Part shown: positions 39,680 to 53,463 of the stretch, piece after piece | Layout: every line of letters begins with the position of its first letter | Numbering within the stretch: the stretch's first letter is position 1 | Assembly (NCBI GenBank): GCA_051859245.1 | Contig: JBHYGA010000004.1 | Location: forward strand, 320,001-384,000 | Reading direction: 5' to 3' | Origin: Gemmatimonadaceae bacterium | GTDB lineage: Bacteria > Gemmatimonadota > Gemmatimonadetes > Gemmatimonadales > Gemmatimonadaceae | Length of the DNA: 64,000 nucleotides | Translations under genes and position numbers: made by a program | The notes under the pieces: generated by a model | Databases searched by the model: none | Seen by the model: the letters and a program-made list of their open reading frames with translations, nothing else | Told to the model about the DNA's origin: nothing

Positions 39680-39769
39680 AATGCGGGCGTGCGCCTAATG
39701 CGGGCGTGCGCCTAATGCGGGCGTGCGCCTAATGCGGGCTTGCGCCTAGTGCGGGCGTGCGCCTAATGC
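39680..39769 (+). repeat. 17-bp tandem repeat, about 5.3 copies
   Basis: AATGCGGGCGTGCGCCT x3, two single-mismatch copies, then a partial copy; no spacers. Confidence 0.95.
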
Positions 39770-39939
39770 TGAGAGAACTGCGGCGGGAAGACACAAAGGC
39801 ACGAAGGACACAAAAACAGCAACCGATTTTGGGGGAAAAAAGCCACCTCGATCTGTTGCGGTTCTCCAAAAATCCTTTGCAGTTGCCCTTCTTCGTGCCC
39901 TTCGTGCCTTTGTGTCTTCCCGCCGCAGTTCTCTCAGCA
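39767..39939. repeat. 173-bp palindromic (MITE/REP-like) element with 41-bp perfect inverted arms
   Basis: 39767-39807 is the exact reverse complement of 39899-39939; imperfect pairing continues inward. Confidence 0.9.
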
Positions 39940-40067
39940 CCAGGCTAGCGCGCGCGATACGCGCCGATGTTTAGCCATTCGTCTCTGGCCCCTCAATCGT
40001 CGCCGCACCGAACGCCGGCAATAACCTGCTGCATGCGCGCGTTCAGCGAGACAGATGTGATCGTCTT

Positions 40068-42062
40068 CTACCGCTGATGCGTTCCCGACGGCAGCTCATA
40101 TGGCACTTCGTGCGGCACACCCGTCGCTACCGGCGCCGCTGCGGGCCGCTCCAGCAACATCGCGCGTTCTACGACGCGTGTAAGGTGTGCACGCGTGATC
40201 AACCCGAGCAGTTGTCCACTCGGCACCGCCACCACCGGTAACGCGGCGAGGTCGCGCGCGCCCATGCGTCGCATCACATCATCAAGCGGTGTATCGAGCG
40301 TGACGGCGGGCGTAGACACTGCGAGATCCGCGACGAGCAGCATCGGCAACGCATCAGTCTGACGTGACGCGGTCGCCAGCGCGCCAACGGGCAGAATACC
40401 GGCCAGTTTACCATTCGCGTCGACTACGGGAAACATGGGCTGCGCCGCAAAGGCGACGCGCGCGAGCACCGTTTCCACACGCTCATGTTCGCGCACGACC
40501 AGCGGAGCCATGTCACACGCGTCGCGCACATGCAAACGCGACAGGACATCGCGCTCGTTTTCGTGACGCAACACAATACCGCGCCGGCGCAGCCAGCCGC
40601 TGTACAAATCGTCTCTTTCGTATCGACGTGCAATCACCAACGCGAGCCCAGTCACCAGCAACAGCGGCGGCATAAGGGCGTAGTCGTCGGTGAGTTCAAA
40701 CACGAGCAGTACGGCCGTAATCGGCGCGCCGGTGGCGGCACCAACTACTCCGCCCATGGCCACAAATGCCCACGCCGCCGGCGTGATCTGCAGTGATGGC
40801 ATGGCCCAGGCGAGTGCACCCGCCAGCGCGCTGCCCGTTGCCGCACCAACGTAGAGCGCTGGCGCAAACAGTCCGCCCGATCCACCGCTGCCAAGTGTGA
40901 GCGATGTCGCAATGATTTTCGCAAATACCAGCGCGAGTACAATCCACCACGCGGTGCCCGAAAACACTTCGGCCGGAATCGACAAGTGGCCGGGGCCGAG
41001 CAAGAGACCGCCAGACGCGTACACAAGCAATCCTACGGCGCCGCCACCAATTGCTGCGCGTAAACCGGGCGACTTCACACGCTCACGCATGGCTCTGCCA
41101 ATGCCAAAGTACGAGCGCACAAACAGCACCGTCACGAGTCCACACGCCACACCAAGCAGCGGTGGCAGTGCGAGCAGCTCAAACCACGAGCGCGACGGAT
41201 GCAGCACGGGGATTGGAAACGCCGGATGCACACCGAACACGGCTTGTGAGACAACCGCGGCCGTGACACTGCTCACCACGACGGTGGGAAACGCGCGCAC
41301 ATGCAAACCACCGAGCAGTTCTTCAAGCGCAAAAAACGCGCCAGCGAGCGGTGCATTGAATGCCGCGGAAATTCCCGCCGCTGTCCCCGCGCTCACGAGT
41401 AACCGTGTACGATCACGCGAGAACTTGAACACGCGCGAGAGATACGAACCAAGTCCGCCGCCAACTACCGCCGCTGGTCCTTCACTGCCGACAGATCCAC
41501 CCGAGCCGAGCGTTATAGCACTCGCGAGACTGCGCGCACCGAGCGCTTTCATGGGCATATGTCCGCCGTCCTGCGCCACACGCCGTTTGAGATCGGGCAC
41601 GTTGATGCCATCTTCGCCCGGCGCAAAGCGGCGCATCACGGCCACCGCAGCCATGAAGCCAAGCGCGGTGAGTACCGGGCGATACACCGGATTTCTGAGC
41701 GCTTCCACGTTCTGACCGGGCAGCGACACAAAGAGCCAATAACTTGCGTCAATCAGCTTGTAGAACACCACAATGCCGAGCGCCGCGCCAATGCCAATGA
41801 TCACGGCAAACACCAGCAGCAGCGCATTCTCGCTGACGGCCGTAGTACTCACCCAGTCGATCAGATCATCCCAGCCACTGAGCGCCGTTCGGCGCGGACC
41901 AAAGGTGACCCTTCGCGTTTGCCGCCGGGTTTGCACCAGCACTGAGCGAATCGTGTACGCGGTGCGCTGGCCCCAGGGTCCAAGGGCCTCAAGCCGTCTG
42001 AGCAGACGGGTCAACGTGCGCTCACTGGCGCGGGGACGAGGTGCGTTCGTCGTCCGATGCAT
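40068..42062 (-). CDS. ClC chloride channel/antiporter with CBS domains
   Basis: GGSVGSEGP, AGISAAFNAPLAG, GGLFAP, FELT and a C-terminal CBS pair; start uncertain (42062-42119). Confidence 0.92.
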   Translation of the reverse strand: MHRTTNAPRPRASERTLTRLLRRLEALGPWGQRTAYTIRSVLVQTRRQTRRVTFGPRRTALSGWDDLIDWVSTTAVSENALLLVFAVIIGIGAALGIVVFYKLIDASYWLFVSLPGQNVEALRNPVYRPVLTALGFMAAVAVMRRFAPGEDGINVPDLKRRVAQDGGHMPMKALGARSLASAITLGSGGSVGSEGPAAVVGGGLGSYLSRVFKFSRDRTRLLVSAGTAAGISAAFNAPLAGAFFALEELLGGLHVRAFPTVVVSSVTAAVVSQAVFGVHPAFPIPVLHPSRSWFELLALPPLLGVACGLVTVLFVRSYFGIGRAMRERVKSPGLRAAIGGGAVGLLVYASGGLLLGPGHLSIPAEVFSGTAWWIVLALVFAKIIATSLTLGSGGSGGLFAPALYVGAATGSALAGALAWAMPSLQITPAAWAFVAMGGVVGAATGAPITAVLLVFELTDDYALMPPLLLVTGLALVIARRYERDDLYSGWLRRRGIVLRHENERDVLSRLHVRDACDMAPLVVREHERVETVLARVAFAAQPMFPVVDANGKLAGILPVGALATASRQTDALPMLLVADLAVSTPAVTLDTPLDDVMRRMGARDLAALPVVAVPSGQLLGLITRAHLTRVVERAMLLERPAAAPVATGVPHEVPYELPSGTHQR

Positions 42063-42217
42063 GCTCGCAATGTAGAGCGCGAAATCGCAGAATGGGTGCA
42101 AAGCGGGCGCATTGGTCACATCTTTCTGTGCACGAGCGCCGTGTGCTCACAGATTCGATGTGATCTCCGCCCAAGCGGGCGACTCCGGGATCAATCTCTC
42201 CCCAGACTGAGTTGCTG

Positions 42218-42868
42218 ATGGCATCGTTTGCGATACGCATGATTTTCGCGCTCACCACCGTCGCGAGCGTCGGTTGCATGTCAACATCAGGTGGCTCGCG
42301 TGCCGTCACACCAGCCATGCCGGTGGTGACCGTAGAGCCGGCGACAAGTGACGTGGCATTGGTGAATCCCGCCGGTGTTCCGCCCGTGAGTGGATCGCTG
42401 CGCACATTACACGCACTGCAATACATGGACGTACGTGTGGGAAGCGGTGCACCACTCACGTCACGTCAGTGCATTTACGCGCACTACACCGGATGGCTTG
42501 CAAACGGCACAAAGTTCGATTCATCACGTGACACGGCGCCCAATGGAGAGCCGCGATCTCCAATTGCGTTTCCACAGGGTGCGCGCCGTGTGATCGCGGG
42601 ATGGGACGCCGGCTTCGAAGGCATGCAGGTGGGCGGGGCGCGTCGTCTGGTCATTCCCTTCCCCATGGGATACGGTGAAGCCGGCAGCCCGCCCACCATT
42701 CCGCCACGCTCCACACTCGTGTTCGATATCGAGCTGCTCGCGGCGCGCGACACACTACCCCGCGGCGCCGATGAAGCACCGCGCAACGCACCGCCGCTCT
42801 GCGCTCCCTGGAGCGACGTAGCGCCCACACTCGCGCCGCCGGCTGGCGGTGTGCCTCTTCTCAACTGA
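42218..42868 (+). CDS. FKBP-type peptidyl-prolyl isomerase (lipoprotein)
   Basis: HYTGWLANGTKFDSS, VIAGWDAG and IPPRSTLVFDIELL. Confidence 0.93.
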   Translation: MASFAIRMIFALTTVASVGCMSTSGGSRAVTPAMPVVTVEPATSDVALVNPAGVPPVSGSLRTLHALQYMDVRVGSGAPLTSRQCIYAHYTGWLANGTKFDSSRDTAPNGEPRSPIAFPQGARRVIAGWDAGFEGMQVGGARRLVIPFPMGYGEAGSPPTIPPRSTLVFDIELLAARDTLPRGADEAPRNAPPLCAPWSDVAPTLAPPAGGVPLLN

Positions 42869-42875
42869 GCTCTGT

Positions 42876-44273
42876 ATGCACATTGAATTCTCTGGCGCGG
42901 CGCGCGAGGTCACGGGCTCATGCCACATTCTGCACGCCAACGGACACCGCATTCTGCTTGACTGCGGGCTCTTTCAGGGACGCCGCGCCGAATCGCGGGC
43001 GAAGAACGAACGTCTGCCACTTCCCACGAGTGACATCAGTGCCGTGCTGCTCTCGCACGCGCACATTGATCACGCGGGACGTTTGCCGTTTCTCGTGAAG
43101 CATGGCTACACGGGCAGCATCTGGACCACGAGCGCCACGCGTGATCTGTGCGCCGTGATGCTCGCAGACTCCGCCAACATTCAACAGCGCGACGTAGAGT
43201 TCCTGGCTCGGCACGGCCGCGACTACGTGGAGCCGTTGTACAGTTTGAACGACGCGGTGCAAGCCGTGGATCAGATGATTGGTGTGCCATACGATCGCTG
43301 GCTCGACATTGTACCGGGCGTGCGCGCCATGTACACCGACGCCGGACATATCCTGGGCTCGGCGAGCATCGTGGTGGAAGTGAAAGAGGGTTCGCATACG
43401 CACCGTGTGGTGTTTTCCGGTGACATCGGACGCGATGATCAACCGATTATTCGCGATCCGGCGCCGCCGACAGGTGGCGCGGACACCGTGATCATTGAGT
43501 CCACCTACGGCAATCGTGATCACGAAAGCGTGGCCGGAGCGCGTGCACATCTCGCTCGCGTTGTGCGCGAGACGGCGAAGCGTGGCGGACGCGTGTTGAT
43601 TCCGGCCTTTGCGCTCGGACGCACACAAGAGCTGGTGTACGATCTGCACGAACTCTGGCGCGCTGGTGAGATTCCCGAGGTGCCGATTTTTATTGACTCA
43701 CCGCTCGCGCTCGATGCCACGACGGTGTTCAAAATGCACCACAATATTTTTGATCGCACCGAGACGCTCATTCAGGAAGCAGAAGAACCGCTGGCGTTCC
43801 CGCTGGTGAAGTTCACGCGCAACGTGGAAGAGTCCAAACAACTCAACATGCGTCAGGGTCCGGTGGTGATCATCGCTGCCAGTGGCATGGCCGAATCCGG
43901 TCGCATTCTGCATCACCTGTTGCACGGCGCGAGTGATCCGCGCAACACGATTCTGATTGTGGGCTTCGCGGCCGAACACACGCTGGCGCGCCGGATTATC
44001 GAACGGCAACCCATACTGCGTGTGTTTGGCAACGAAATTCCGCTGGCCGCGCAGGTCGAAGTGCTGAATGGCTACTCGGCGCACGGCGATCGCACAGAGC
44101 TCAAAGCCTGGCTCGACGAAGTAAGGGCCGGCGGGATCAAAGCGCGGCGCGAGATTCAACACGTGCACCTGGTGCACGGTGAGTCGGAGTCGCAGGATGC
44201 GTTTGCAACGCAGCTGCGGGCCGACGGCTACAACGTGGACGCGCCGGCATCGGGAGACACCCGACCGGTCTGA
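42876..44273 (+). CDS. MBL-fold beta-CASP ribonuclease
   Basis: GAAREVTGSCH, SHAHIDHAG, AGHILGS, ESTYG and YSAHGD. Confidence 0.93.
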   Translation: MHIEFSGAAREVTGSCHILHANGHRILLDCGLFQGRRAESRAKNERLPLPTSDISAVLLSHAHIDHAGRLPFLVKHGYTGSIWTTSATRDLCAVMLADSANIQQRDVEFLARHGRDYVEPLYSLNDAVQAVDQMIGVPYDRWLDIVPGVRAMYTDAGHILGSASIVVEVKEGSHTHRVVFSGDIGRDDQPIIRDPAPPTGGADTVIIESTYGNRDHESVAGARAHLARVVRETAKRGGRVLIPAFALGRTQELVYDLHELWRAGEIPEVPIFIDSPLALDATTVFKMHHNIFDRTETLIQEAEEPLAFPLVKFTRNVEESKQLNMRQGPVVIIAASGMAESGRILHHLLHGASDPRNTILIVGFAAEHTLARRIIERQPILRVFGNEIPLAAQVEVLNGYSAHGDRTELKAWLDEVRAGGIKARREIQHVHLVHGESESQDAFATQLRADGYNVDAPASGDTRPV

Positions 44274-44342
44274 TGTGCCACAGCCGGCCCGCCGGCCATC
44301 AGCGAGCGTGGCTGGCGCGGTGGTGCTGACTAGCTTTGAGGT

Positions 44343-44975
44343 ATGATTCGCCGCGCGCGCCGTTTGATTTCGGGGTTCCTGGCCTTCGCGATTGTGGGCT
44401 GGGTTCTCACGATCGCGCTGGTGTGGTGGTCGTCGCGTCGTGATGACGCGGCGTCCGCCACGGGTCGTGTCGCCGACGCCATCGTGGTACTCGGCGCGGC
44501 GCAGTACGCGGGGCGTCCCTCACCCGTGCTGCAAGCGCGTCTCGATCACGCGCACACGCTGTACAATCGCAACCTCGCACCGCATGTGATTCTGACCGGT
44601 GGTCGTGGAGACGGCGATACACAGAGTGAGGCGGGGGCCGGTCGCCGTTACCTCGTCAAGCACGGTGTGCCCGACTCCGTGATTCTGTACGAAGACGAAG
44701 GCCGCACGACCTTCACGTCCATGCACAACGCTGCAGAACGGGTGCGGGCGGTGAACGGGCACACGGTGTTACTGGTCAGTGACCCGTTCCACATGCTGCG
44801 CTTGTCATTGCTTGCACGCTTGCACGGACTGGCTCCACTCGCGTCACCAACACTCACCAGTCCGATTTCGGCAAATCCACTGCTGGAGTTTGAATACGCG
44901 GTGCGCGAATCACTCGCTGTGCCGGCCGATGTCGCGCAGTTCGTGCTCGAGAAACTGCGCAAGTCACGCGACTGA
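44343..44975 (+). CDS. YdcF/DUF218 family protein
   Basis: DAIVVLGAA, ARLDHA, TGG, SEA and VSDPFHMLR. Confidence 0.9.
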   Translation: MIRRARRLISGFLAFAIVGWVLTIALVWWSSRRDDAASATGRVADAIVVLGAAQYAGRPSPVLQARLDHAHTLYNRNLAPHVILTGGRGDGDTQSEAGAGRRYLVKHGVPDSVILYEDEGRTTFTSMHNAAERVRAVNGHTVLLVSDPFHMLRLSLLARLHGLAPLASPTLTSPISANPLLEFEYAVRESLAVPADVAQFVLEKLRKSRD

Positions 44976-45026
44976 CATGCGCAGTTTGTCGCCGCGAATG
45001 CTGCTGACAAACGCTTGCGACGATTG

Positions 45027-46916
45027 TTAGCGACCGCCGCCGCGTCCACCACCACGCGTCACGCGCCAGTCGCTATCGCGCACGAGCGTTTTCCGTCCCT
45101 GTCGATCAACGCTCCAGATCGGCGACGGCCATTCGTCATTGCCGTAGCTCACCACATTCGCGCCGGGCATGACCATCGCGCCAAACGCGGCCGTGCCAAA
45201 CGCTGGCACTGTAAACGTTTCGGCGTTGTCGAGCCGCACCTGATATCCAAGATCGGCCAGCGCACCAACCGACAGTCGGCTGAGCGGCATCCCACCGGGC
45301 TGTGCAAAACCCACCATCAGTTCGCGTCGCAACACATTGATGCGCCAATGTGAATCACGCGTACCTTGCCCACCCGTGTTCTCGAGTGGAACGGGCGTGC
45401 CCGTGTAGGTACCGCCACCGATCGCGGCGAACGCGGCACGTCCTTCGGCACCTTGAAAAATCGGATCCGCACTGCCGAGTCCGTTGATCAATCCACGACG
45501 ATTCCAGTTGAAGCTCTGCAGGCCGAGTACGTGTCCGAACTCGTGTGTCATCACATCGTCGAGCGTGCCGTTGTTGTTGAGATTCGTGAGGTCTGCGGTA
45601 TCGAGCTCCACGAATCCAACCACCGGAAGTCCGCCATCAGTGCGCACAAAGCATGGACCAGCGCGACCGAGGATTGCACCTGGTCCGTCAATGCTGTCAA
45701 AGTTCACGTACATGCGAACATTCGAAATCACATCGTCAATCTGAGGCACGCCCGGTCCGCACGCGTTCGCGCCGGCCACGACACGCGCCGGCGTGAGTTC
45801 GCCTGCAATCACATTGCGCCACCGCGCAATGGCGCGTTCCACGGACAACAAGTTGCGTGACGACGGCTCGCCATTGATGAATCGCACGTCAATGAAGAAC
45901 ACGCTCGGCACCGCGTTCGCCCGAAATACAAAGGAGTCCGATGGAAACTGCGGCGAGCGTGCAACCAGCGTTTGCTGTTCGGCGCTGCCCAGCACCCAGG
46001 TGCCAACCCGGGCAATGCCTTCGGGCGAGTTGGTGGCGCGTGTGCTGCCGGTTACCGAACCGGAAGCGGGTCCTGGCTGGAACGTCACAGTTACGCCGCC
46101 GGCTGGATTGCCGTACTGATCGCGCGCGCGCACTGTGGGGCGCACGCTCACACCAATACCAGGCACACCATCTTGAACGAGCGGTGACGCGGGTTCGAGC
46201 AGCACGGCCGTTTCCGCCTGTGCAAGCGCGCGAAACTGAACCGGTGTTGCGATGCCGGGTGTTTGCGCGGTCACGATTTGTGGTACGTCGGTGCGCGTGC
46301 CAATGCGCCAGCCTTCGAGTGAAGCGACGCCACTCGCGTCGGTCACGCGTTGCGGGCTGCCAATGATCTCGCCGTTGCCACCGAGCACTGTGAACGTGAC
46401 GGTGGCGTTGGGAATGAGATTGTCGAATGCGTCAATAACAGTGACCGCCGGTGGCTCGGGCACGAGCGTGTTCACCACGGCCGCTTGTGCTTCGGGCGCG
46501 CGTCGCGCCATCACGAACGGCGGCCCCGGGCTTACGGCTGCGGTAAACGCGATCGGTGCGAGTCCTTCGACGGTTGCGGTCAGCATTTGCGATCCGGTGC
46601 GCGTGCCAAGTTGCCAGCCGCCGGCCGATGCGATGCCTGATCCATCTGTTCGAATGGTGTCATTGAACGACCGTCCGCCGCCGGCGGTGACTTGCCAGCG
46701 CACGAGCACACCGCCAAGTCCGCGGCCGCGCTGGTCAGACACGATGACCGCCGGAGCGGGCGCAGCAATCGTGGCGTTGACGGCCGCCGTAAACGTGACG
46801 GGCCCATCGCTGGTGAGTGTTGACGCGACGCGCGGCTCGCTGTCGCACGCGCTCAGCAGCGTCATCAACACGACAGCACCAAACACTTGCGCGGAAAGAA
46901 AAGGTCGGGAAAGCAT
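45027..46916 (-). CDS. lipoprotein with three Ig-like repeats and a leishmanolysin (M8)-like metalloprotease domain
   Basis: Lipobox LSAC; repeated G.A...W.LG units; HEFGHVLG...SHW...ELM. Confidence 0.8.
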   Translation of the reverse strand: MLSRPFLSAQVFGAVVLMTLLSACDSEPRVASTLTSDGPVTFTAAVNATIAAPAPAVIVSDQRGRGLGGVLVRWQVTAGGGRSFNDTIRTDGSGIASAGGWQLGTRTGSQMLTATVEGLAPIAFTAAVSPGPPFVMARRAPEAQAAVVNTLVPEPPAVTVIDAFDNLIPNATVTFTVLGGNGEIIGSPQRVTDASGVASLEGWRIGTRTDVPQIVTAQTPGIATPVQFRALAQAETAVLLEPASPLVQDGVPGIGVSVRPTVRARDQYGNPAGGVTVTFQPGPASGSVTGSTRATNSPEGIARVGTWVLGSAEQQTLVARSPQFPSDSFVFRANAVPSVFFIDVRFINGEPSSRNLLSVERAIARWRNVIAGELTPARVVAGANACGPGVPQIDDVISNVRMYVNFDSIDGPGAILGRAGPCFVRTDGGLPVVGFVELDTADLTNLNNNGTLDDVMTHEFGHVLGLQSFNWNRRGLINGLGSADPIFQGAEGRAAFAAIGGGTYTGTPVPLENTGGQGTRDSHWRINVLRRELMVGFAQPGGMPLSRLSVGALADLGYQVRLDNAETFTVPAFGTAAFGAMVMPGANVVSYGNDEWPSPIWSVDRQGRKTLVRDSDWRVTRGGGRGGGR

Positions 46917-47004
46917 CGAGGGTTCGCGAAGTTCAGGCGGTTTGTTGCGACGAATTGCGGCGCGCGGGGTTCCGACGCACGTGACACGTACGCCAATTTA
47001 GGAG

Positions 47005-48293
47005 ATGCAGATCCCCGTCGAGAGCTATCGCCTCCCGAACGGTCTCCATGTGGTGCTCTCTGAAGATCACACGGCGCCGATCGTCGCAGTCAATTTGTGG
47101 TACCACGTGGGTTCGGCCAACGAACGCGCGGGGCGTACCGGTTTTGCCCACCTGTTCGAACACATGCTGTTCCAGGGCTCCGAGAACGTTGGCGCCAACG
47201 AACACTTTGAGTTTGTGCAGCGCGCTGGTGGTACCCTGAATGGGTCCACTTGGCTCGATCGAACGAACTACTACGAAACATTACCCTCCAACCAGCTCGC
47301 CCTGGCGCTCTGGCTGGAGGCCGACCGCATGGCGCGTCTCCTACCGGCCATGACGCAGCCAAAACTCGACACGCAACGCGACGTGGTAAAGAATGAGCGT
47401 CGCTGGAGCGTGGACAACCAGCCCTACGGCACGTGGTGGGAGAAGCTGCCGGCGCTCTGTTTTCCGCCGGAGCATCCGTTCCACCACTCGCTGATCGGGA
47501 GCATGGACGACCTCGACGCGGCCTCACTGGAGGATATCGCCGAGTTCTTCCGCACGTACTACACGCCAGACAACGCCGTGTTGACCATTGCCGGCGATTT
47601 TTCTGGTGCTGAGGCCCGGGCGCTGGTGGACACGTACTTTGGTTCGGTACCGAAGGGTGGGGAGCGGCCACCGCTTCCCGATATGTCGGTGCCGTTTACC
47701 TACGGCGGGGCCAAGCGCGAAGTCGTGCCTGACGCGTGTGCGTTGCCGCGTGTGTTCGTGGCCTCGCGCATGCCGGTGCTCGGTACGGATGAGTATTACG
47801 CGGCCAGTGTGTGTGCGGCGATTCTTGGGCTGCGAACGGGGAGCCGGTTTGAGAAGTCGCTGGTGCGCAAGCAGCGCATTGCGTCGTCGGCTTCGTGTTT
47901 CACGTTCGATTTGGCCAAAGGCGCGGATCTGTTTGTGGCCGACGTCACCGCGTTACCAGACATTACGCCGGAACAGTTGGAAGCCGCGGTGCATGCGGAA
48001 CTTGATCTCATGCACGAGCACGGTGTGGTCGAGTCGGAAGTGGCGCGCGCGATCGCGCTGACAGAAACGCACTTCGTGACAAGTTTGCAGTCGGCGGCTG
48101 AACGGGCCGATCAGCTGTCGCGCTTTGCCACGTACTTTGGTGATGCCGCGCTTGTGAACGAACAACCGAACCGATTCCGTGCGGTCACGGCGGCGCATGT
48201 GACCGCGTTTGCACGTCAGTACCTCGGCGCTGACAATCGTGCCACGTTGTTGTATGTGCCTATCGAAGAAGAGACCGAGACTGAGGCCGCCGC

Positions 48294-48297
<4 letters not shown>
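47005..48297 (+). CDS. M16 peptidase, catalytic subunit
   Basis: GFAHLFEHMLF (HxxEH), DRTNYYE and NERR. Confidence 0.94.
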
Positions 48298-51675
<3,378 letters not shown>

Positions 51676-51750
51676 GGCTCTGCGGTTGCGCGTGTGACCC
51701 ACCTCGCCAGGCGCCTAGTCCATCCGAGCCCTTTACGGGTATGCAGGTTG

Positions 51751-52230
51751 ATGCGAACTCTCGTTGCCCTCCTCGCTTGCACCATGGCGCTGGCCTGCGG
51801 CGAAACGCCAGCAGAAACGTCTCCCTCAAACAGGGAGCTCCCGCTTGCCGAGGAACCGCTGCGTGAAGGAACAAGCGCGTTGCGCGTGGGGCGCATCTAT
51901 TTGAGCGAGTACGATAGTGCGATTGTCGAAACCCCATCAGCTGCGCGCCGAGGTGAGCCCGTCAACGTCTCCGTCACTACCTACGGCGGCGGTTGTGTGA
52001 GCGCCGATACAACGGTCGCCACCGTGTCAGGTTTGCGTGCTGTTGTTGTGCCGTATCAGCGCCAGTACCAACCACCAGCGAGCGGCGCGTGCACGTTGGC
52101 GTTGCGAATCGAACGCCGCACCGTGCCTCTTATCTTTGCGACCTCAGGCATCGCCGTGGTACGCGTAGTCGGTCGCAGCTCGCGAGATGACGAGCTGATC
52201 GCTGTGGAGCGTCGATTGACGGTGCAGTAA
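51751..52230 (+). CDS. hypothetical lipoprotein, paralog 1
   Basis: Lipobox LAC; TTYGGGC and GACT; 159 aa. Confidence 0.8.
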   Translation: MRTLVALLACTMALACGETPAETSPSNRELPLAEEPLREGTSALRVGRIYLSEYDSAIVETPSAARRGEPVNVSVTTYGGGCVSADTTVATVSGLRAVVVPYQRQYQPPASGACTLALRIERRTVPLIFATSGIAVVRVVGRSSRDDELIAVERRLTVQ

Positions 52231-52273
52231 GCGCCCGCTTGCCGAGTGCAATGCAGCTGTTGAACCAATCCTG

Positions 52274-52693
52274 ATGAAATCAGAACCAGAGCTCAGCATC
52301 TCGCCGCGCACAAAACCGATGACACGGCTCGGAGCGACGGCGCTTCTCGCCGGCATTGGTAGTGTGGTCGGTTTCGCACTTGGTACAGCCTTGTTAGTCG
52401 CAATTGAGGTAGTCGACAGTGGCGCTTTTGTTTGGCGTACGGCCATTCCATTCGGCGTGCTGTTTGGCGGAACAGTGGGCGCCGCAGTGGGAGCGGTCGG
52501 CGCGCCTGCGATAACGTGGCTCCTGCTTCGCCATGTGCCACTCCATCGCGCCATCATGTTTTGCGCGCTTGGCACAGTCGTAGGGGAAGCGATCGGAGTG
52601 GTGGTGCTTCGTCAAATCGTTATCGGCGGTTGCGTGGGCTTTGTGATCGCGGCGATCGCGATGCGCATCGCCTATCGCACGCACACTGAATGA
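52274..52693 (+). CDS. Gly-rich hypothetical membrane protein
   Basis: About four Gly/Ala-rich TM segments. Confidence 0.6.
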   Translation: MKSEPELSISPRTKPMTRLGATALLAGIGSVVGFALGTALLVAIEVVDSGAFVWRTAIPFGVLFGGTVGAAVGAVGAPAITWLLLRHVPLHRAIMFCALGTVVGEAIGVVVLRQIVIGGCVGFVIAAIAMRIAYRTHTE

Positions 52694-52817
52694 CGAGGTA
52701 GCACCCACATCGCGTTTTGTGTTGCGCGCATGACGATTCGCACAGTTAGTGCTGCAATGAACGCGCTGTGCGAACCGAGGTGGTCAATCCCCTCCCCGCG
52801 CGGGTATGCAAGTATAC

Positions 52818-53297
52818 ATGCGAACTATTTCCGCACTTCTCGTCTGCCTCGCGGCGCTGGCGTGTGGCACCGCCCCAACGGAAAGCCCCGTCTCAACATC
52901 TGAACTGCCGCTCGCCGAAGAGCCGCTGCGCGCAGGGGCAACTGCGCTCCGCGTGGGTCGCATTCAGATGTCAGGATCTGATACCGCCGTCATCCAGCTT
53001 CCCTCGACCGTGCGCCGCAACGAGCCGGTAGACGTCTACGTCACCACGTACGGCGGCGGCTGTATTGGCCCCGATACGACCGTTGCGAACGTTTCCGGTT
53101 TACGCGCGACGATTGTGCCGTATCAGCGCGAGTACCGGCCGCTGCCAACCGGAGCGTGCACGATGGAGCTGCGAGTGGAACGTCGTGCGGTGCGTCTGGT
53201 GTTTGCGACCGCCGGTATTGCCGTGGTTCGCGTGGTCGGTCGCGTGACGCCCGATGACAGCCTCGTTGCCGTCGAGCGTCGACTCACGGTGCAGTAG
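52818..53297 (+). CDS. hypothetical lipoprotein, paralog 2
   Basis: Same length as paralog 1 and shared blocks (ELPLAEEPLR, ALRVGRI, TTYGGGC, AVERRLTVQ). Confidence 0.8.
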   Translation: MRTISALLVCLAALACGTAPTESPVSTSELPLAEEPLRAGATALRVGRIQMSGSDTAVIQLPSTVRRNEPVDVYVTTYGGGCIGPDTTVANVSGLRATIVPYQREYRPLPTGACTMELRVERRAVRLVFATAGIAVVRVVGRVTPDDSLVAVERRLTVQ

Positions 53298-53463
53298 TCG
53301 CCTTTTGAGCTGACTCCACAAACGCCAAGTCCGTCCACACGGCCGCCCAACATCGGTGCCGCGCCGCGCGACGATCTCGACAACAAGGCAGACGCGTCGC
53401 ACTTTCGGACTGATCGCCGATTGACCGTGGTCGGCACTCCATCACGTCCACCCAGTGCGCAGC

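Noticed and set aside
39680..39769. Possible CRISPR array
   Set aside because: Repeats are contiguous 17-mers without spacers, and there are no cas genes.
39746..39948. Two opposite-strand ORFs both beginning MLRELRREDTKARR
   Set aside because: Artefact of the inverted repeat; no coding evidence.
42125..42215. Fluoride riboswitch upstream of the ClC gene
   Set aside because: Small hairpins exist, but the GGNGATGG...TGATG consensus is not met and the protein lacks CLC-F signatures (GNN, GREGT).
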